Program-made: the position numbers and the translations under genes
The notes under the pieces: generated by a model
The model's input: the letters and a program-made list of their open reading frames with translations, nothing else
What the model was told of the DNA's origin: nothing
Database searches by the model: none
NCBI RefSeq assembly: GCF_001194135.2
Contig: NC_068986.1
Coordinates: forward strand, 15,976,812-16,040,811
Direction of reading: 5' to 3'
Length of the DNA stretch: 64,000 nt
Source: Octopus bimaculoides
Taxonomy: Eukaryota
Part shown: one piece after another, positions 63,393 through 64,000 of the stretch
Position numbering within the stretch: position 1 is the stretch's first letter
Layout of the letters: every line of letters starts with the position of its first letter

Positions 63393-64000
63393 TTGTCTTT
63401 GGACAAGCTTTAAGCTAAATATATACATATATATATGATAGTGTACAAGCAATTTACGTATATATACATGAAAGAGGAAAGAGGTAACCTTTAACAGGAC
63501 ACCTTACATGCTAGAAAGGGCAGTTAAAGCTCACACAACGAATAAGAGCAATTTCAATGGGAATGAAAATAAAACCAAATATTCTTGTAGATGCCCTCAG
63601 ACTCGAGTCTCTGTATCAATGTGCTAAATAAATTAATTTCCCATCCGTACTTCTTCAGTGCGGGCGCTAAAATTAATGCATATTTATGCAGAAAATAGCA
63701 CCGAAAATACACGTGCTACATGCGTATACATAATAATTTTCAAATGCACCGCGTAAGCGGAAGAACTAGTTTACTGGAATAACTAGTGAGATGAGGGCAT
63801 ACATGGTCACCTGAATAATATCGATACAATAAGCAAAGTGAGGAAATGGCACTATGAAGACCAAAGGATGAACTGCTTAGTGAGCGATTCACTGGCAGTC
63901 GCTTGAATGGTGTTCGTGTGTAACGGCTGCATGGCACCTTGAATATAAATCTTGCATAGTTACATCACTTTCTTCAATTCTAGAGTGGTATATCATAACA

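Overview
Eukaryotic, AT-rich, repeat-dense scaffold segment. I infer a coleoid cephalopod (octopus-like) origin from recognising the SINE and LINE families; no database search was run. There are 21 N-gaps totalling about 7.2 kb, nearly all bordered by microsatellites, which points to a short-read assembly. No host protein-coding gene, tRNA or rRNA gene can be supported. Almost all ORF-track entries are microsatellite or N-run artefacts, so the window looks intronic or intergenic, although small exons could be missed. Recognisable content: (1) many copies of at least three or four SINE families; (2) decayed mariner elements and a Tigger/pogo-like MITE; (3) a CR1-type LINE 3' end; (4) several fragments of restriction-like-endonuclease (RLE; R4/Dong-type) LINEs, most abutting TAA-derived triplet arrays; (5) Penelope-like terminal repeats carrying minimal hammerhead ribozyme motifs. 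The best leads are a multi-copy minimal hammerhead whose core reads CUGUYGA instead of CUGANGA (best copies 19819-19854 and 39283-39318, minus strand), a GC-rich multi-hairpin island at 29692-29915 with a partial HDV-ribozyme-like match, a 180-bp near-perfect foldback at 9910-10090, an ~880-bp element with ~165-bp inverted termini at 50244-51127, and an old ~470-bp direct duplication at 8479-9853.
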